Shown piece by piece: positions 40,365-55,931 of a stretch of DNA of 64,000 bases. The notes under the pieces are model-generated. The model made no database searches. It had not been told where the DNA came from and saw only the letters and a program-made list of their open reading frames with translations. Numbering within the stretch: the stretch's first letter is position 1; each line of letters opens with the position of its first letter. A program made the position numbers and the translations under genes. The stretch is from Syncephalis fuscata S228 (taxonomy: Eukaryota > Fungi > Zoopagomycota), in the NCBI GenBank assembly GCA_025786725.1, contig JAHLTZ010000032.1:248001-312000 (forward strand), in the 5' to 3' direction.

Positions 40365-42080
40365 TTAAGCGTTGGTATGGCATGGAGTAAACGACTGCTG
40401 CTTTTGCAATAATTCTTTGGTAATGCTTCGAGTAAAATTAGCGTCGTCGATTACAAGATTAAATTCCTGAGAATGAAACCAAGACTGAGCATCTTGATTC
40501 CCGCTTCCAAACAATGCAATTTCTAAAAAAAAATGGCATTGGCGCGTTAAGAGTATAATTAGCAGGTTTTAATCTACTTACCATTGTCGACATTCATAAA
40601 CTTAACATGTGACCAGTTGTTTTTGTCAGGCTCCGTTTTAGGTGGCTGTTGTCGACCAACAAACCAGCAGGCTTGGAAATTAGTTGGTGGCTTGAAATTA
40701 TTTAATCCAACCGTATTATAAAGCTGCTTTAATGCAATATGATTTGTGCCATCAGCCTCTGAATAAAACTGGCAGTAAGCTTTTGAGAAAAATTAACCAA
40801 ACTACCAGTGGCTTACGTGAATCAGGATATAATGCCTCGCCAACATCTTCAAAATGATAAGACGTTACTAGATCCACTTTTACGCCACGTCTCACGGTAT
40901 CCGCAACTATTTGCCGAATATCTGGTACATTGAAATTAGGTGTCTGAATAAAGACATTTTGTTTTGCAGAGTTCATCGCAACGATCCATGCTACGTTCTG
41001 TAGGTCCATGACTTTATGCAGTTCTACGCGCGACTCCCAGTTGTGCGGTGCAACCAGTATAGGCACCATATCGGGTGTTGTTATGGGCATTGGCTGATGT
41101 AGTAAAGGCATAGGGACCGCACTGTTTTCCGAGCTGTGGCGGTTCATGCCATATTCGCTCTCACCATCACTGGTTGGCCGAGCAGTTCGCCAAATGTGAA
41201 AAAAGTCATTACGTGCAGCAAGTGCCACAGGGCCTTCAATGTCGACCAGAAGTTCCAGTCCAGATGCCGAATCTATGTTCCTAGAGCCAACAATCACTTT
41301 TCGCCCATCTATTGTCATTGTCTTTGAATGTAACGTCCCTGCAGGCCAGAAATGAAAAGTACGTAAACGAAAATCGATTGCTGGTAACTCAGCTGGGTCT
41401 GGCAAGCCCACCAGCCGAGTGGGTAGCTCATGAACGCCATTCAGCAAGTTAGGAACTAGTTCCAGCTTTCTCAGTAGTGCTTTAGCAACGGATTTATTTC
41501 CAGTATTTTTGAAAAGGCTAATAAGATATCCCAGGTCCACATCTGTTGCAACCACCAGGGCAAGCGCATCTGTGATCATGTAGACACGCACTCGGCGGCC
41601 CTCTTTCTGGGCTTTTGCGTTTAATTTTCTTAAACTTCTTGAGATATTTAATAAACATTTGGAATCTTGCTCAATTAAAAATGTCGACAGTACTACCTCT
41701 TCTTGCGCTTCCTCGATTGGCTTTGCAAACATTTCAGCACATAAATTATTATTTTCAGCATAGTCAATTGAATGACGCACTATTTTTCCAGCAGATAGAA
41801 TTTGGTTCAATGGAATACTAGAATTCTTAAGCTCCGTTTTTTCAACATTAATCATTGCACTGTAAATTTTTTGTGCTATTCCGGAAAGTGGCCGTGGTAA
41901 AATAGCATTATCAACAGTATAAGCCACGTCTGCTATTTTGTTACTCCATGGCAACTGTTTAGATTCTTCGATTGATAAATTTAAAGAACCGAATGGCGTG
42001 GCCAATGCATGCACGGCAAATTGGGCTGCAATAACTAAAAGCGTCGCCCGAAATAAATAAAGCCAAATTGACCAACGCAT
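40365..42080 (-). CDS. Secreted phospholipase D superfamily protein with two HKD motifs
   Basis: Signal peptide MRWSIWLYLFRATLLVIAAQFAVHA; LHSKTMTIDG...GSRN; FIQTPNFN; SHVKFMNVD|..GSGNQDAQSWFHSQEFN. Confidence 0.88.
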
Positions 42081-43123
42081 AAAAACACTATGGGCGTACA
42101 TTTCTGAACCTTCCAAAATGTACTATCAAAATCAGCATAATAGCTTAAGTTAGCAATAGTAGACGTAGCATGCAACTAATTATTCTACAACACATAACTT
42201 CCGTCTTTTGATTAATGGCTGATATTTACCTTAGTCAGTAGAACTAATATTTTCTACAAGTTTAATAATACTGGTCTATAAATTTTTAATCAAAATCTTG
42301 TAAACAAAATAGTAAAATAATTCAAATTTTATAGAGTTGAAATGTATAAGAATACTGATAATAAAATAAATGTAGAATATTTAGCTTGTGAATCACGCTT
42401 AAAAAAACGAATGTGCCTAGTAGCAAGTGGTAGAAACCTAGCAACTAGCTCTATGCCTATACCCATCACGTCACTAGAATTTTAAGTAAGGCCATGGCAA
42501 CCAAAGTTTATTATTAAAAAAATAACAAAATACATATTACAAACTAGTAGTAATTGCATGTTTGTATCAATTATCGCAGAATTAACACCATTAATCGTAT
42601 GAATTTGAGAATCTTCATCTATGGATTAAAACGTCGAAATATGAACATAAATAATAGCATTAATATCACATTCTTCAATATTTATACTAGGATAAAATTA
42701 GAGACATCAGCTAAACAAAAAGCAAATAGTATGAGAACAGACATTAATAATAACAAATAAATGTAATAATAATAATAAGATCAATAAAGGCAATCTACAC
42801 CAAATGCCGTTGTATCATAACATATAGCAAATTTCAGTACATTATAAAATGTGGAGTAATGAATTGTCTGTTAATATAAATGTGATGATATTTGCAGCTA
42901 TTGTTTTTAAACATGCAATCTTTGTATGGAAATCAAATACACAACTATTTTATTTTAAATCATCAATATGATAATAATGCCGAATCGGTCCAATTCCACA
43001 TGTCGTTGCTACAACGGGACTATAACAATTGAAGCCAGATATTGGTTATGAAAATCAATCAAATTTTCTTTTCTAAGCCATTAACCATTTACTTAGCGCT
43101 GCTCAGTCCATTCTTATTAGAAA

Positions 43124-44393
43124 ATGCTTTTTGATATCCGCTTAAAATCTATTATCGTTATAGCTGTAGTTGTTTGTAGCCTAACATCCAACACTATTAC
43201 AAAAGTATTATGTGCTAGTCCCAATAAAGCCCATGTAACATCAACAAAAATTATTCGAAAGCCTTTAAAACAGTCAATTGCTAGAGAATATCCAGAGTTT
43301 TCATCAGTAGCTGGTTTAACCGATATTAAATGGATATCTAAAAAGGCCAATATAATAACACTTAAAGCATACTTTTTTCAAAAACCCGTTTTTTTAAAAT
43401 GTGCCAAACAAAAGGCAATATATACGAAGGAGCTAAACATTATAAAGGTAATACTTTTGCTGAATGTATATACTATAATAAATGTTAATATTGCTGTAGA
43501 AAATCTTTAATTCAAATCCAGGCAATGATGAATGTGGTCTACCCTACTGGGTTCATAATCTTTTTTTACCGATTACAAACACCTTTACTACAAATAATGG
43601 GTTTGATTGTACAGTTTATCCAAGAACAGAAACTACTGTTAGTCTCCGCGAATTTATAGACCAGGCTTCTATAGTTGATCGATACAAGGCTGCTTATAGC
43701 ATTACCCGCCAATTGTTAATGGGTAGGTGACTTTACTTACAGCTGTAGTTTATATTTACAAACATAACTTGAATTACAATAGCCAATGCCTATCTTCATT
43801 GCAAAAATATTATACATCGTAATATCCAGCCCAATAGTAAGTTTGTACGACATCTTCAATATCACCTAACATTTGTATCAGACATTCTTATTGACATAGA
43901 TAATACGGGCCTTGTTTCACTCAAACTTATCAATTTTTATAATGCTATTGAAGTACCATCTAGTATGGAGGGTCGTTTAACGTGTGTGACATTAGCCTAT
44001 TGTAGTCCTGAGACATTTGTGCATGGTATTAAATTTAGTTTTACTAAATCCGAATCTTGGGCGATTGGTGTAGTATTGTACGAGCTATTGATGAAAAGGC
44101 TTCCATACGGTAATTCCCTCAATTTAAATATTAAAGAGATAAAAGATAGATATAAGACTACTTTAATTAAAGCATTCAACCTGAAGAAGATTCAGCATGA
44201 GTTAATTGAGATTGATTCAAAATTCAACGGTATTGCTGACCAATATAATACTATTGCCATTGTCCTGTGGATCACACTTTTGCTGTTACCAGATCCTGCT
44301 CAGCGATACACTCCACACGAGATGCTAATGAATATTGTATTTCCACATGAGCAAGAAATATTCAATAGACTTAATCAACCAAGCAATGCTTAA
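43124..44393 (+). CDS. Secreted kinase-fold protein, predicted pseudokinase (3 introns)
   Basis: N-terminal hydrophobic signal; VFLKC (beta3 Lys), ELNII, YLH.KNIIHRNIQPNNILID, LKLINFYNA, YCSPE, SWAIGVVLYELL...PY, DPAQRYT. Confidence 0.82.
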
Positions 44394-44491
44394 GCTATGT
44401 TTAATTAAACAATAAATAATTCATTCATTCATTAATAATATTATATTAGCTATTGATGTATAATCGTCGTGTATATTAAATTTATTGTCAA

Positions 44492-45452
44492 TTATATCTT
44501 AAAATCGGCCGGCGGTTCCCAATTCTCAATGCCCAAATCAGCATAGTATTCCCGCCATGCCTGGATCACTAATTCTTCCGTTTGAATATCAACAAGGCTG
44601 CGTTTATTCGAGCGCAGTTCACTTAATCGACGCTGTTCCGCTTCTTGTTCTCGTTGAATTTGAATAAAGGTGAATTCACCAGAAGTAGTTGATACAGAGG
44701 GTATTGACGATGATGGATTCAGCTGTTGTTTACGAGATGGCCGACGCTTATGCACATCCGTCCTCATTGTATCATGCACAGGTGTTGTTATATTTGGAAA
44801 ATCCTTACTAGACGTACTTGACATTAGAGGTGTAGTTCCAATGAGTGGCACTGACCAGCCACGGGCCGAATTAGATTTGTGTGCAGCAGATTGTTCTATC
44901 ACTCGATGACTTGGTCGTTCCACTCTTCCTTCTTTCGAATCTCGTCGAGTTTTATTTATTGCTATTGGTGATGGTGCTGCTTTGCTAGGTGATTGACCAG
45001 TAGGAATAATTGAAGTGATAGAACTCGAAGTGGGCAGTCCCCAAGTGACAGCGGCAGCAGCAGTAGGTGGCGTGCGTGGTGATATTTGGTCTTTGCCCGT
45101 GTGTTGTGACTGACGTTTTCGTTCGCGTTGTGATAATTTCGGCTTTATAGCTATTGGAATCGTCGTTGTCTCTTTTGTTGCTGGTGGCGATGTCGGCATG
45201 GCAACACGAGACATCTATTATCCAGTATCTATTAGTCGGTTAAAGTAAGAATAATGCATGGCAGTTACCGTGTTTGGAGATGTTACTGCTATTGATTTAG
45301 CTATGCTGGCTGCTTGTTTTTTGGACGCTGAAGAGCTTGTTGTTGAACTAGTTGCCTTCTGCTCCTGCATAATGTCGACTAATAAAAGTCGTTCTGATGA
45401 TGTTATTTTTGATTCATGCTTTTTTGGTGATCTAGCATATTAATTAGCACCA

Positions 45453-45497
<45 letters not shown>

Positions 45498-48400
45498 TTA
45501 CTGACTGGCCCAAGTCATTTTAATATCGCTGTTATTATTATTGTGATTATTACTTTTAATGTTGTTATCACTTTTAAGTGAAAGCGGTAATTTGTTGCTT
45601 TTTCTGTTTGCTTTCTTGGTACTTAATAAAAGCTTTGGAATTGCCGCTGCCGATACTGAAGAAATACTACTACCATTACTATCATTATTTTTAGCTACAA
45701 TTGACTCTGTATTAGCTGACGATGAAAATCGTGCTTTACTCATCGGTTTACTCCAATCGTCAGTATGATAGGCCAATTGAGCATCAAAATTTCGAGTTGT
45801 AGACCATTTCCGAGCTTGTCGTCGGCGCCACTCTTTTTCAAGTCGATGCAGTAGAATTGCATCAGTTTTATAAAGTAGACGCAATTCCAATGCAGCGTCG
45901 ATATTATTACACAAATAGTCCAAACATACGTCAAGCAATTGTCGAGCATGATGTCGTTCGGCCATATCGGCTAATAAAAGCACTGTGTGCATATTCACTA
46001 GTTATTAAATTAGCTACATTGTTATAGGGTTAAGTTTAGCAAAATTATTTACCATACTGGCTCAATAATTGCTGGCATATTTGTTTTAATCGCTCAAGTA
46101 ACAACTCATCAGCTAGACCCAATAGTTCTTGCATAAATATAAAGTAATCCTCGGTGTTGCCAAACGCTATTTAAATATATTATGTTAATATTAAATTACT
46201 ATTCAATCAATAGTATTGGCAACCTACTTTGTTCGTCTAATAATTCAGCGCCTTCATCAGTATACATATATTTCAATGCTAATTTCATAGTGGACCAATT
46301 GCAATGTTTAAGATTAATTCGAGGTATTGTATCTCTTCCAATTAACCATGGAGAATCATGCGCAAGTATAGCAGCGAAAAAATCTGATCTATAATATGTA
46401 TATGTATTAATAAACAGTATTATTATTGTTGTTGTTATTATTATTGTTGTAACTGAATGTTATTTACCGGTGGCATAATATAGTACGATGCGCCATAACC
46501 TGTCCATCAGATAGATCAAGTATAATATCCGCATAATCACCCAAGGTCCATAGATTGCCTGCGTTATTGGTTATTGCAGAACTGACTAGCTGTGCATTGT
46601 ACAAAAGGGTCAGAGAGCTGCCTGTTGCACTAGAATTGTTATGGATCATTGAGCGTAATTCGTGTAATTCAAGTAGTTGAGCTAGTCGTATGACATCATC
46701 AGTAAAATCTGGTTGTATTGTATATTGCCGACTATAGATAAATACTAATGTGCTAAGCAGTGCCTCAAGAGTACAGCCAGTGATTTCGATACGGCATGGA
46801 GTAGAGGTATAGCGTATTGTAAGACTGTCACGGCCAATGCGACATTCATTTTCGATTGTTAATAGTAGTCGCTTTAATACTGGGCTGCGACGAGTAAGAA
46901 TGACGCGATGTGCCATAGTAGAATAGTGCTCTGAAACAATCTGTATATCACCTAAACCATCTCCATTCCAGCTGTGAACTGGCGCGGTTGTTAATTGATA
47001 TTTCAGCCTGTAGGCAGCATCTTTGGATTCATCTTCATTATTTAACAACGATTGGATTAAATCATGTGATAGTGTTGGTGAAATGGGCGAGATTAAACAA
47101 AGTGGCAGTTCTGTATGGACTGCTGCGTAAGATCCACTTGTGCCGGCACATACGTTTGTTACTCGGTGCAGCTGCGGTAGTCGTTCCATTTTTCCATTCT
47201 CCCGACTTGTCCAGACCTGGCCAGACCGAGTGCAAAGAATAACTCGAGCGTCATGACCAATGCCAAATCCAACTGCTTGCGTAGATATGTTTCGAGGTGA
47301 CCAAACCCGCTTAATTGATCTAGTACGTTTGTTGGCTATATTAATGCTCTGGTCTGTCGGCCAAATAAAAACGTCGCCCCATACCGTCAATGCGCCCATG
47401 TATCCCTCAGTATCACTGGATAATCGGGTAACATGAGGTAATGGTGCAGATAGCGGTTGATACGCATGCATTTCTGGCGGTATACGATGCACCGGTAGCG
47501 AGATACGCTGACAGCGTCCTTGCATCAATGTATATACTTCACCATTTTCCATTAAACAAGCAGTTGCCGTCTCGGTTGCTACTACTTGCAAAATTAGCTG
47601 GTGATGAGGCAGTTGCGACACATGACGCGGTTGAATCTGATGGGTTCCCGTTATTTCATAGCCGAGTTGACCTTGATCCCTCCCAAATGTATAGAGCGTG
47701 TCTTTTGTATGAACAGCTGTATGCCATGTGGAGGCAGCACAGCCTATGATTATTTGTTGTCGAAGTACACCAAGTACACGTTTCGGCTCCAATTGAACCG
47801 GATCTTCCTTGTCATATTTCTGAGCTGTATTAAAGGTTTCGTCTTGAGATATTGGATATCCTAATTGCCCCCACCGATTACGACCAAACGTATAAACTTC
47901 ACCTTTAGTTGTTATAACAACAGTATGATCACGTCCACAAGCTGCCGTGCTTACAGAATCTGGCAAGCCTTGTACAGGTTTTAAGACAAATCGGGTCGAT
48001 TCACTATTGCCTAGTCTTCCACCATGTCCAAATCCACATGTTAGTAAATTGGACGTTGTAGTTGGTGCTGTTAATACAATCATATGAAACTTTGACATAG
48101 CAATTGCCACAATAGAAGATGCAGTCTGACTAGTGGCTTCTATGTCTAATTTAGTATGATTTTCAAGAGTACTGGTTTCATGAGATGTTAGAGACACTCG
48201 GTCTGGACGGGTACGGTCATTTTGATCGGCATGACCAAGAACATAATTGGAGTTTTTTCCCCATGTATATAGTGTGGTGTGTATATGGGGCCAGTGAGTC
48301 TTATTTTTCTCATATTCTGTTCGATCATTAGTTTCAAGAGTGCGTTTTGATAATGAAACTGTGTAGTCATAGATATTATGATGGTGATGTGCTCCATACA

Positions 48401-49059
48401 GGCTATTTGACGTAGCTGATAATGGAAGGTACTCGCGTAGCATATCAATTGGATCCAGGTCATCATGATCCTAATGATTTTAATTAAATATTATTATATA
48501 TATATATTCTACACACCTTAATTGACGTGTCTATTCCTTTGATCTTTAAAAGTTCAATGGCTGTTCGAAAGTGACCATAATAGAGTGCACGATGGAGTGG
48601 TGTCCAGCCTGACTCTTCGTCACGTTGATTGGCGCCAGCAATAATGGTACCAGCAATATGAGCAGTAAATATATCACGGTTTTTTCGTTGAGATAGCTGC
48701 GTATTTAGTTCTTCTGATCGGCAAACAATACGACGCGCTGCACGTATAACGTTCGTACAGCCCCAACTAGCTGCGTAATGCAGTAAATTACGACCATATG
48801 AATCTGATTCAATCCGTGGCTGTCTTGATCGACGTCCTTTGCGGCCAATCTCCTTACCGGTAGGATCTTCGGTCGATCGTGAAATACCAGCGGTTAACGT
48901 CATCAACAATTGTTGATCTTTGGTTAATGTTAATTCTTCATCGCTACTCTCCTCATCGCTAACATCTTTTAGATATTCAATATAATCAGGCGCATCTAAG
49001 CTAGCCGTATAAGCTGCTTTGTAAGACTGATGCGCCTGTAGTTGCTTGGCTAGTTCCAT
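44492..49059 (-). CDS. Ankyrin-RCC1-BTB protein (IBTK / S. pombe Btb1-like)
   Basis: DSYGRNLLHYAASWG, DEESGWTPLHRALYYGH, WGKNSNYVLG, GFGHGGRLG, FGRNRWGQLG, two BTB AHR..L..R motifs, C-terminal SLVDIQTEE. Confidence 0.92.
45454..45496. repeat. (ATT)n intronic microsatellite; similar (AAT)n tracts at 6836-6870 and 53555-53599
   Basis: Direct reading; all lie inside introns. Confidence 0.9.
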
Positions 49060-49740
49060 AAAATGTCAGCTAACGCTGGCCACCTAACTTCTAACACAGA
49101 ATCGATGATAGCAAAATCAGCAATTCTATGCTAGATGTCAAGTGCTATTTGCCTGTGTATTAGCTGTGCTTAGTCAAAGGAAAGTGAAATATATTCTTTG
49201 AATGACTGCAGTGCTGTGTCTTTGTAATATTTGGCTGTTCGCAATTACTACTGCAAAGCAATAAAAATAACTGCTTTGAATATCAATAATACTATGGCTT
49301 GTTCGCTATTTTAGCGGCTTAGGTGCGCCATGATAAGCTGTAATAAAGAAACGACAAAATAGAAATGCTGATAACGCTTGGGAAACAAATAGAAAATCTA
49401 TAAATCAATTCAGGCCAATGATGACTCAGATCTACAATGCAATTGGTTATTCTTTAATAGTATGTTCTATTGTAATAGATACTGTGTAAAATGGCATCCA
49501 GCTACGTTATCGCATTCACTATTTATTAATACATCTTATAGTTACACTTGTTTTGCAATAAATCACCTTCTATTCATTGATATTTATTCCTTACTACACA
49601 TCATGCTACTAATAAATATATTCTATGATATTAAGTAATTTTTGGGACTCAGATGAGGTTTATTATCTTTAATTTTTTATTATATTGGCTATTTAATTGA
49701 CAACATGTTCTATGATGATGAGTGTTTTTTATGGGCCAAA

Positions 49741-50577
49741 TGACTTATTATTTCACATTGCATCTATTAATCAATTAAACTCGGCTGTTTATAAATATTG
49801 ACTGACAGGCTCACATCTCACAATCTACGTCACCACATTTCCCTTTCTCTTTCTTTACACTTGACAGCATATATCCATTACATATACTTGTACACTCCAT
49901 ATATACTATATAGATAGTGTTGGTAGTTGACTGGCTACTAGTCAAGTACAAACACTATTTACACTATGTCTTTGCATTGCTCTTTTGTAATCTGACCTTT
50001 ATTACTCCAAACATTGGTATTGACGGTTTTATTGACACGGTAAGTGCATTTCTGACTTGTTTTTATGTTATTTTGAGCATATGTTGTGAAATATCGCTGT
50101 ATGTTTTGTTTTAATATGGATCACACTCGCAAGCCATTTGATAGCAGCTTTACATTCTCGACAGTGCGTGTGATTTGCCATTATCGAGACTATACAAGCT
50201 ATTGCTAAAACAATATGCAGTAGCGTCTATGGCAAACCCGAATATACAGTGGCTTTGGTAGTATATAGTCATCGTATTCGTCGTGTACAGTTGCTGTACA
50301 TGTACAACAGCGACAGCATAGGAAGTGTTGTTATATGTACACGGCAGCCAGCACGATGACTAGTTGGCTATGTGCAGCCATTTCTTCATTGATTATCTTC
50401 TTATTTGCTTTCTTCGATCGCTTGAGCAATCTGATTTATCAATTTCCCTTCCAAGCACTGGTGTTTGTACGATACTGTACTGCCTTCTTGTTTTTGCGCT
50501 GCTTTTTTTGGTTCAGCACTGTAACTGGCACGTATGTATAGTTATTATTCTGCATAACTATAACTACTAAATGATAA
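49741..50577 (+). repeat. Copy 1 of a ~830-bp near-identical direct repeat of unknown nature
   Basis: Matches 54462-55293 with a handful of substitutions and small indels. Confidence 0.93.
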
Positions 50578-50608
50578 AATTGATAATATAAATTTAATAA
50601 AATAAAAA

Positions 50609-52188
<1,580 letters not shown>

Positions 52189-52326
52189 TGCAAATAAAAT
52201 AGAAGAAGAATAAGTGAGGCGTGCAAGTATACGCGTAACACGCTATTTTATTAGTTTGCTAGTTGTGTCAAAGAGTGACGACGAACACGGATCGGACAAA
52301 TTAAAACTCCGTTGGCTACAGGCCTA

Positions 52327-53553
52327 CTAAAGCTCATCATGCTCATCCATATCTTTGTCTGATTGCTTCTTTTGTTTCTTGGCCTTTTCCTGTTTCGATA
52401 AGATCGGGCCGAACTCGGGTCTTAGTGCCAATGCTTGCAAATTGTCGGCCCGTTTACTGACAAGTAAAGTCATAAGCAGTTCCACGCTATGAACACTAAA
52501 TGGCTGATCTGCTTCCAGTACTAAATAATCCCGACTGTTCCACTGCATGCCAACGGCCAAGGGTCGTCTAGCTGGCAGTTCAAGTCGTCGAGCAATAATA
52601 CCATCATTAGGTGCTCGTATATAGCCAAATTCAAATGGACCTTTGGCTTCTCGGTCATTTTCAAGAATGGTCTGCAAAATATCAATATATTCTTGATCAG
52701 CCTTCACTTGTTCTTCATCGCTTGGATCCACTTCATCAAGCAATACTAATAGACACGAATTACGACGACTATCCATGCATCGGTCCATATCAGCCTGAGA
52801 TTCAATAGAAATAACGACATCTATAATATTAATTATTAATAAATTGTTAATGAATATACTAAATTATTATAAAATCATACCTGTATTTGTATTTGTTTCA
52901 GTCTTTTCGAATGATTTACTTTCATATGTTGTTTTCTTTTCTTTCTTTGCTTTATTGTCCTTTTTGTTCTTTTGCTTCTTTTCTTTAGAGGCCTGCTTTT
53001 GCTTTTTATTACTTTTGTCCGACTTGGCGGGTGCAGCATGTTCCTCAAGGAAAGCTAGCAACTTTGAATAAACTAATTTATCTATCATTATTTATAAATA
53101 AAAAAGTTATAATCTAGACTAGTTATTTACTATTTACCTTGATAAATAATCGGCTCATCAAATTCTGATGTCGAGTCGGATAATATAAGTAGTGCTGGTG
53201 TCTTATTTATTCCATAGCGTTGAATAACCTTTTTATCACGTGAAACGCCCAAGCGTAGACGGCCATAGAGTTCAAGTGCTAGTGTTTGCATTAATGGTGC
53301 CACCTTGGACTTGTCCGTAAGTAAAATGGCTTTGGGCAAGCCAGCAGGTAGATTAGCAAGAAAGCTATCTTCATCTTTAAGAAATAGGTCGATATTACTA
53401 CGAGCAATTGTTGATTTACCCGAAGTAAGAAGTGTTGTAGACCAGTTGGGTAATCGATCAAGACCTGCTTGTACAAGAGCCTCAACCTCTCGTGGTCCCT
53501 GGTAATCTGTTTGTTATATAAATATATAATTAATTGATGCTTAGTAATGATAC

Positions 53554-53601
<48 letters not shown>

Positions 53602-54134
53602 CCTACCAATCGACGATTTCTTAATCAACGATTTCTTTTTACTTTTTTTATCTTGCAATGGATAATAAATCTTAATTGTAGGAAAGCCACTCACGCCTTG
53701 CATACCACAGAATTGCTTATTTTCCTCAGTATCACAGTCCATGGCTGCGACTATTACTTGGTTCTTTAATTGTTTGGCAGCACTTGAATATTTCGGCGCA
53801 AGTCTAGTATATGAAATACATTGTATATATGTATATGTTAAGGACTAATAGGATGTGCTGTATTTTGTATACTGACTGTTGGCAGTGACCACACCATGGT
53901 GCAAAGAACTCTAGTAGAACGACGCCCTATAAAATAGAGTTAATAATACTATTTCTATTTGTTGTAGCTTTAACTTACATTGCTTTTATAAACGACCTCA
54001 TTAAAGTTATTAGCGGTAACCAGCTTTACAGCCGATTTTTTACCATAAAACGCGTGAACCGAACCAAACTGGCCCAGTGCAGCAACAGCCAATACAAGCT
54101 GTACTGTCGCGCCCTTCCAAGATTCCAGCCACAT
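52327..54134 (-). CDS. ER thioredoxin-domain protein disulfide isomerase (Mpd1/PDIA6-like)
   Basis: Signal peptide; EFFAPWCGHC; AMDCD..NKQFC...GVSGFPTIK; DYQGPR; C-terminal HDEL. Confidence 0.92.
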
Positions 54135-54461
54135 GATGTTGTTAAGCAATAAGTAAGTAATCGAGTATGCAAGTTGTAATATATAGAATAATCAAAGTAA
54201 TGAAGAGTTATCCAACCATTCGCATCATTGTTGTCCAATTTTCATTGGCCCAATTCATAAAAGTTGATACCTATTCAATCTATATAAAATTTAGATTATT
54301 AATGACTTTTATTATTTTTAATTGATCTTTTAATATACTCGCTATTATACTGAATATATGTTCCATAATAATGAGTTTTTTTTTGAGTGTAAATAACTTT
54401 TATTCTTGATGCACTATTGCTTCACTTGTTGTTCTATGATGTACCGACATGTTGGGTAGAT

Positions 54462-55293
54462 TGACTTTTATTATTTCACATTGCATTTATTAATGAATTA
54501 AACTCGGCTGTTTATAAATATTGACTGACAGGCTCACATCTCACAATCTACGTCATCACATTTTCCTTTCTCTTTCTTTACACTTGACAGCATATATCCA
54601 TTACATATACTTGTACACTCCATATATACTATATAGATAGTGTTGGTAGTTGACTGGCTACTAGTCAAGTACAAACACTATTTACACTATGTCTTTGCAT
54701 TGCTCTTTTGTAATCTGACCTTTATTACTCCAAACATTGGTATTGACGGTTTTATTGACACGGTAAGTGCATTTCTGACTTGTTTTTATGTTATTTTGAG
54801 CATATGTTGTGAAATATCGCTGTATGTTTTGTTTTAATATGGATCACACTCGCAAGCCATTTGATAGCAGCTTTACATTCTCGACAGTGCGTGTGATTTG
54901 CCATTATCGAGACTATACAAGCTATTGCTAAAACAGTATGCAGTAGCGTCTATGGCAAACCCGAATATACAGTGGCTTTGGTAGTATATAGTCATCGTAT
55001 TCGTCGTGTACAGTTGCTGTACATGTACAACAGCGACAGCATAGGAAGTGTTGTTATATGTACACGGCAGCCAGCACGATGACTAGTTGGCTATGTGCAG
55101 CCATTTCTTCATTGATTATCTTCTTATTTGCTTTCTTCGATCGCTTGAGCAATCTGATTTATCAATTTCCCTTCCAAGCACTGGTGTTTGTACGATACTG
55201 TACTGCCTTCTTGTTTTTGCGCTGCTTTTTTTGGTTCAGCACTGTAACTGGCACGTATGTATAGTTATTATTCTGCATAACTACTAAATGATA
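54462..55293 (+). repeat. Copy 2 of the ~830-bp direct repeat
   Basis: Offset 4723 bp from copy 1; identical ORF-track translations. Confidence 0.93.
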
Positions 55294-55931
55294 AGCTTTT
55301 ATTTTTGTTTTAAATTATTTGTTTATTGCTCAGTTACCATTCTTATAACTGTTATTTTGCATAAATTTATAGACAAAATATTACTATTACTGTTTATATT
55401 CATATTGCTATAATTTAATTCAAATAATAAAAACAGTCTTTAAAATAAATTAAGTTTAATACATACTAATAGGATAGATACTAAAAAATATCACATAATT
55501 ACTATATTCATACTCTATACTCTATCTATCATGACAATGTCATTCTATCATGTTTTACGCAATCAAGCCTTATTCATTTATTATGATGTATATTAGCATA
55601 TTGTTTACTGATTATACACCATTTATAAAAACTGTTTGTTTATTACCAGCTTTATTTATTTTAGATATTAATTCATTTCGCTATCATGTAAAATATAGGT
55701 TTATTACCAATATTTACGCATTTTATGCTATTTTATTATTTATAAACACATAATATTAATAAAAAAACACTTTTAAAGCCATAGTTTACTGCTAAGCAGT
55801 GATATTTCCTCATTAGCTACTATACATTACAATATCATTTTGTTGTTTTTTTATTGGTATATACATAAACGTCAAATAAAACGCTGTTTGATTATATAAG
55901 CTACAATATCTAAAATCAAAGTTTAACATTA

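Noticed and set aside
49741-50577. Telomerase RNA (Sm-like site followed by GTATGT and a branch-like motif, as in spliceosomally cleaved fungal TRs)
   Set aside because: No CCCTAA-type template seen in either copy and the telomere repeat is unknown; kept only as an unexplained structured repeat.
53554-53602. Poly-Tyr, poly-Leu and poly-Asn ORF segments (also 6829-6870)
   Set aside because: Translations of intronic (AAT)n microsatellites.
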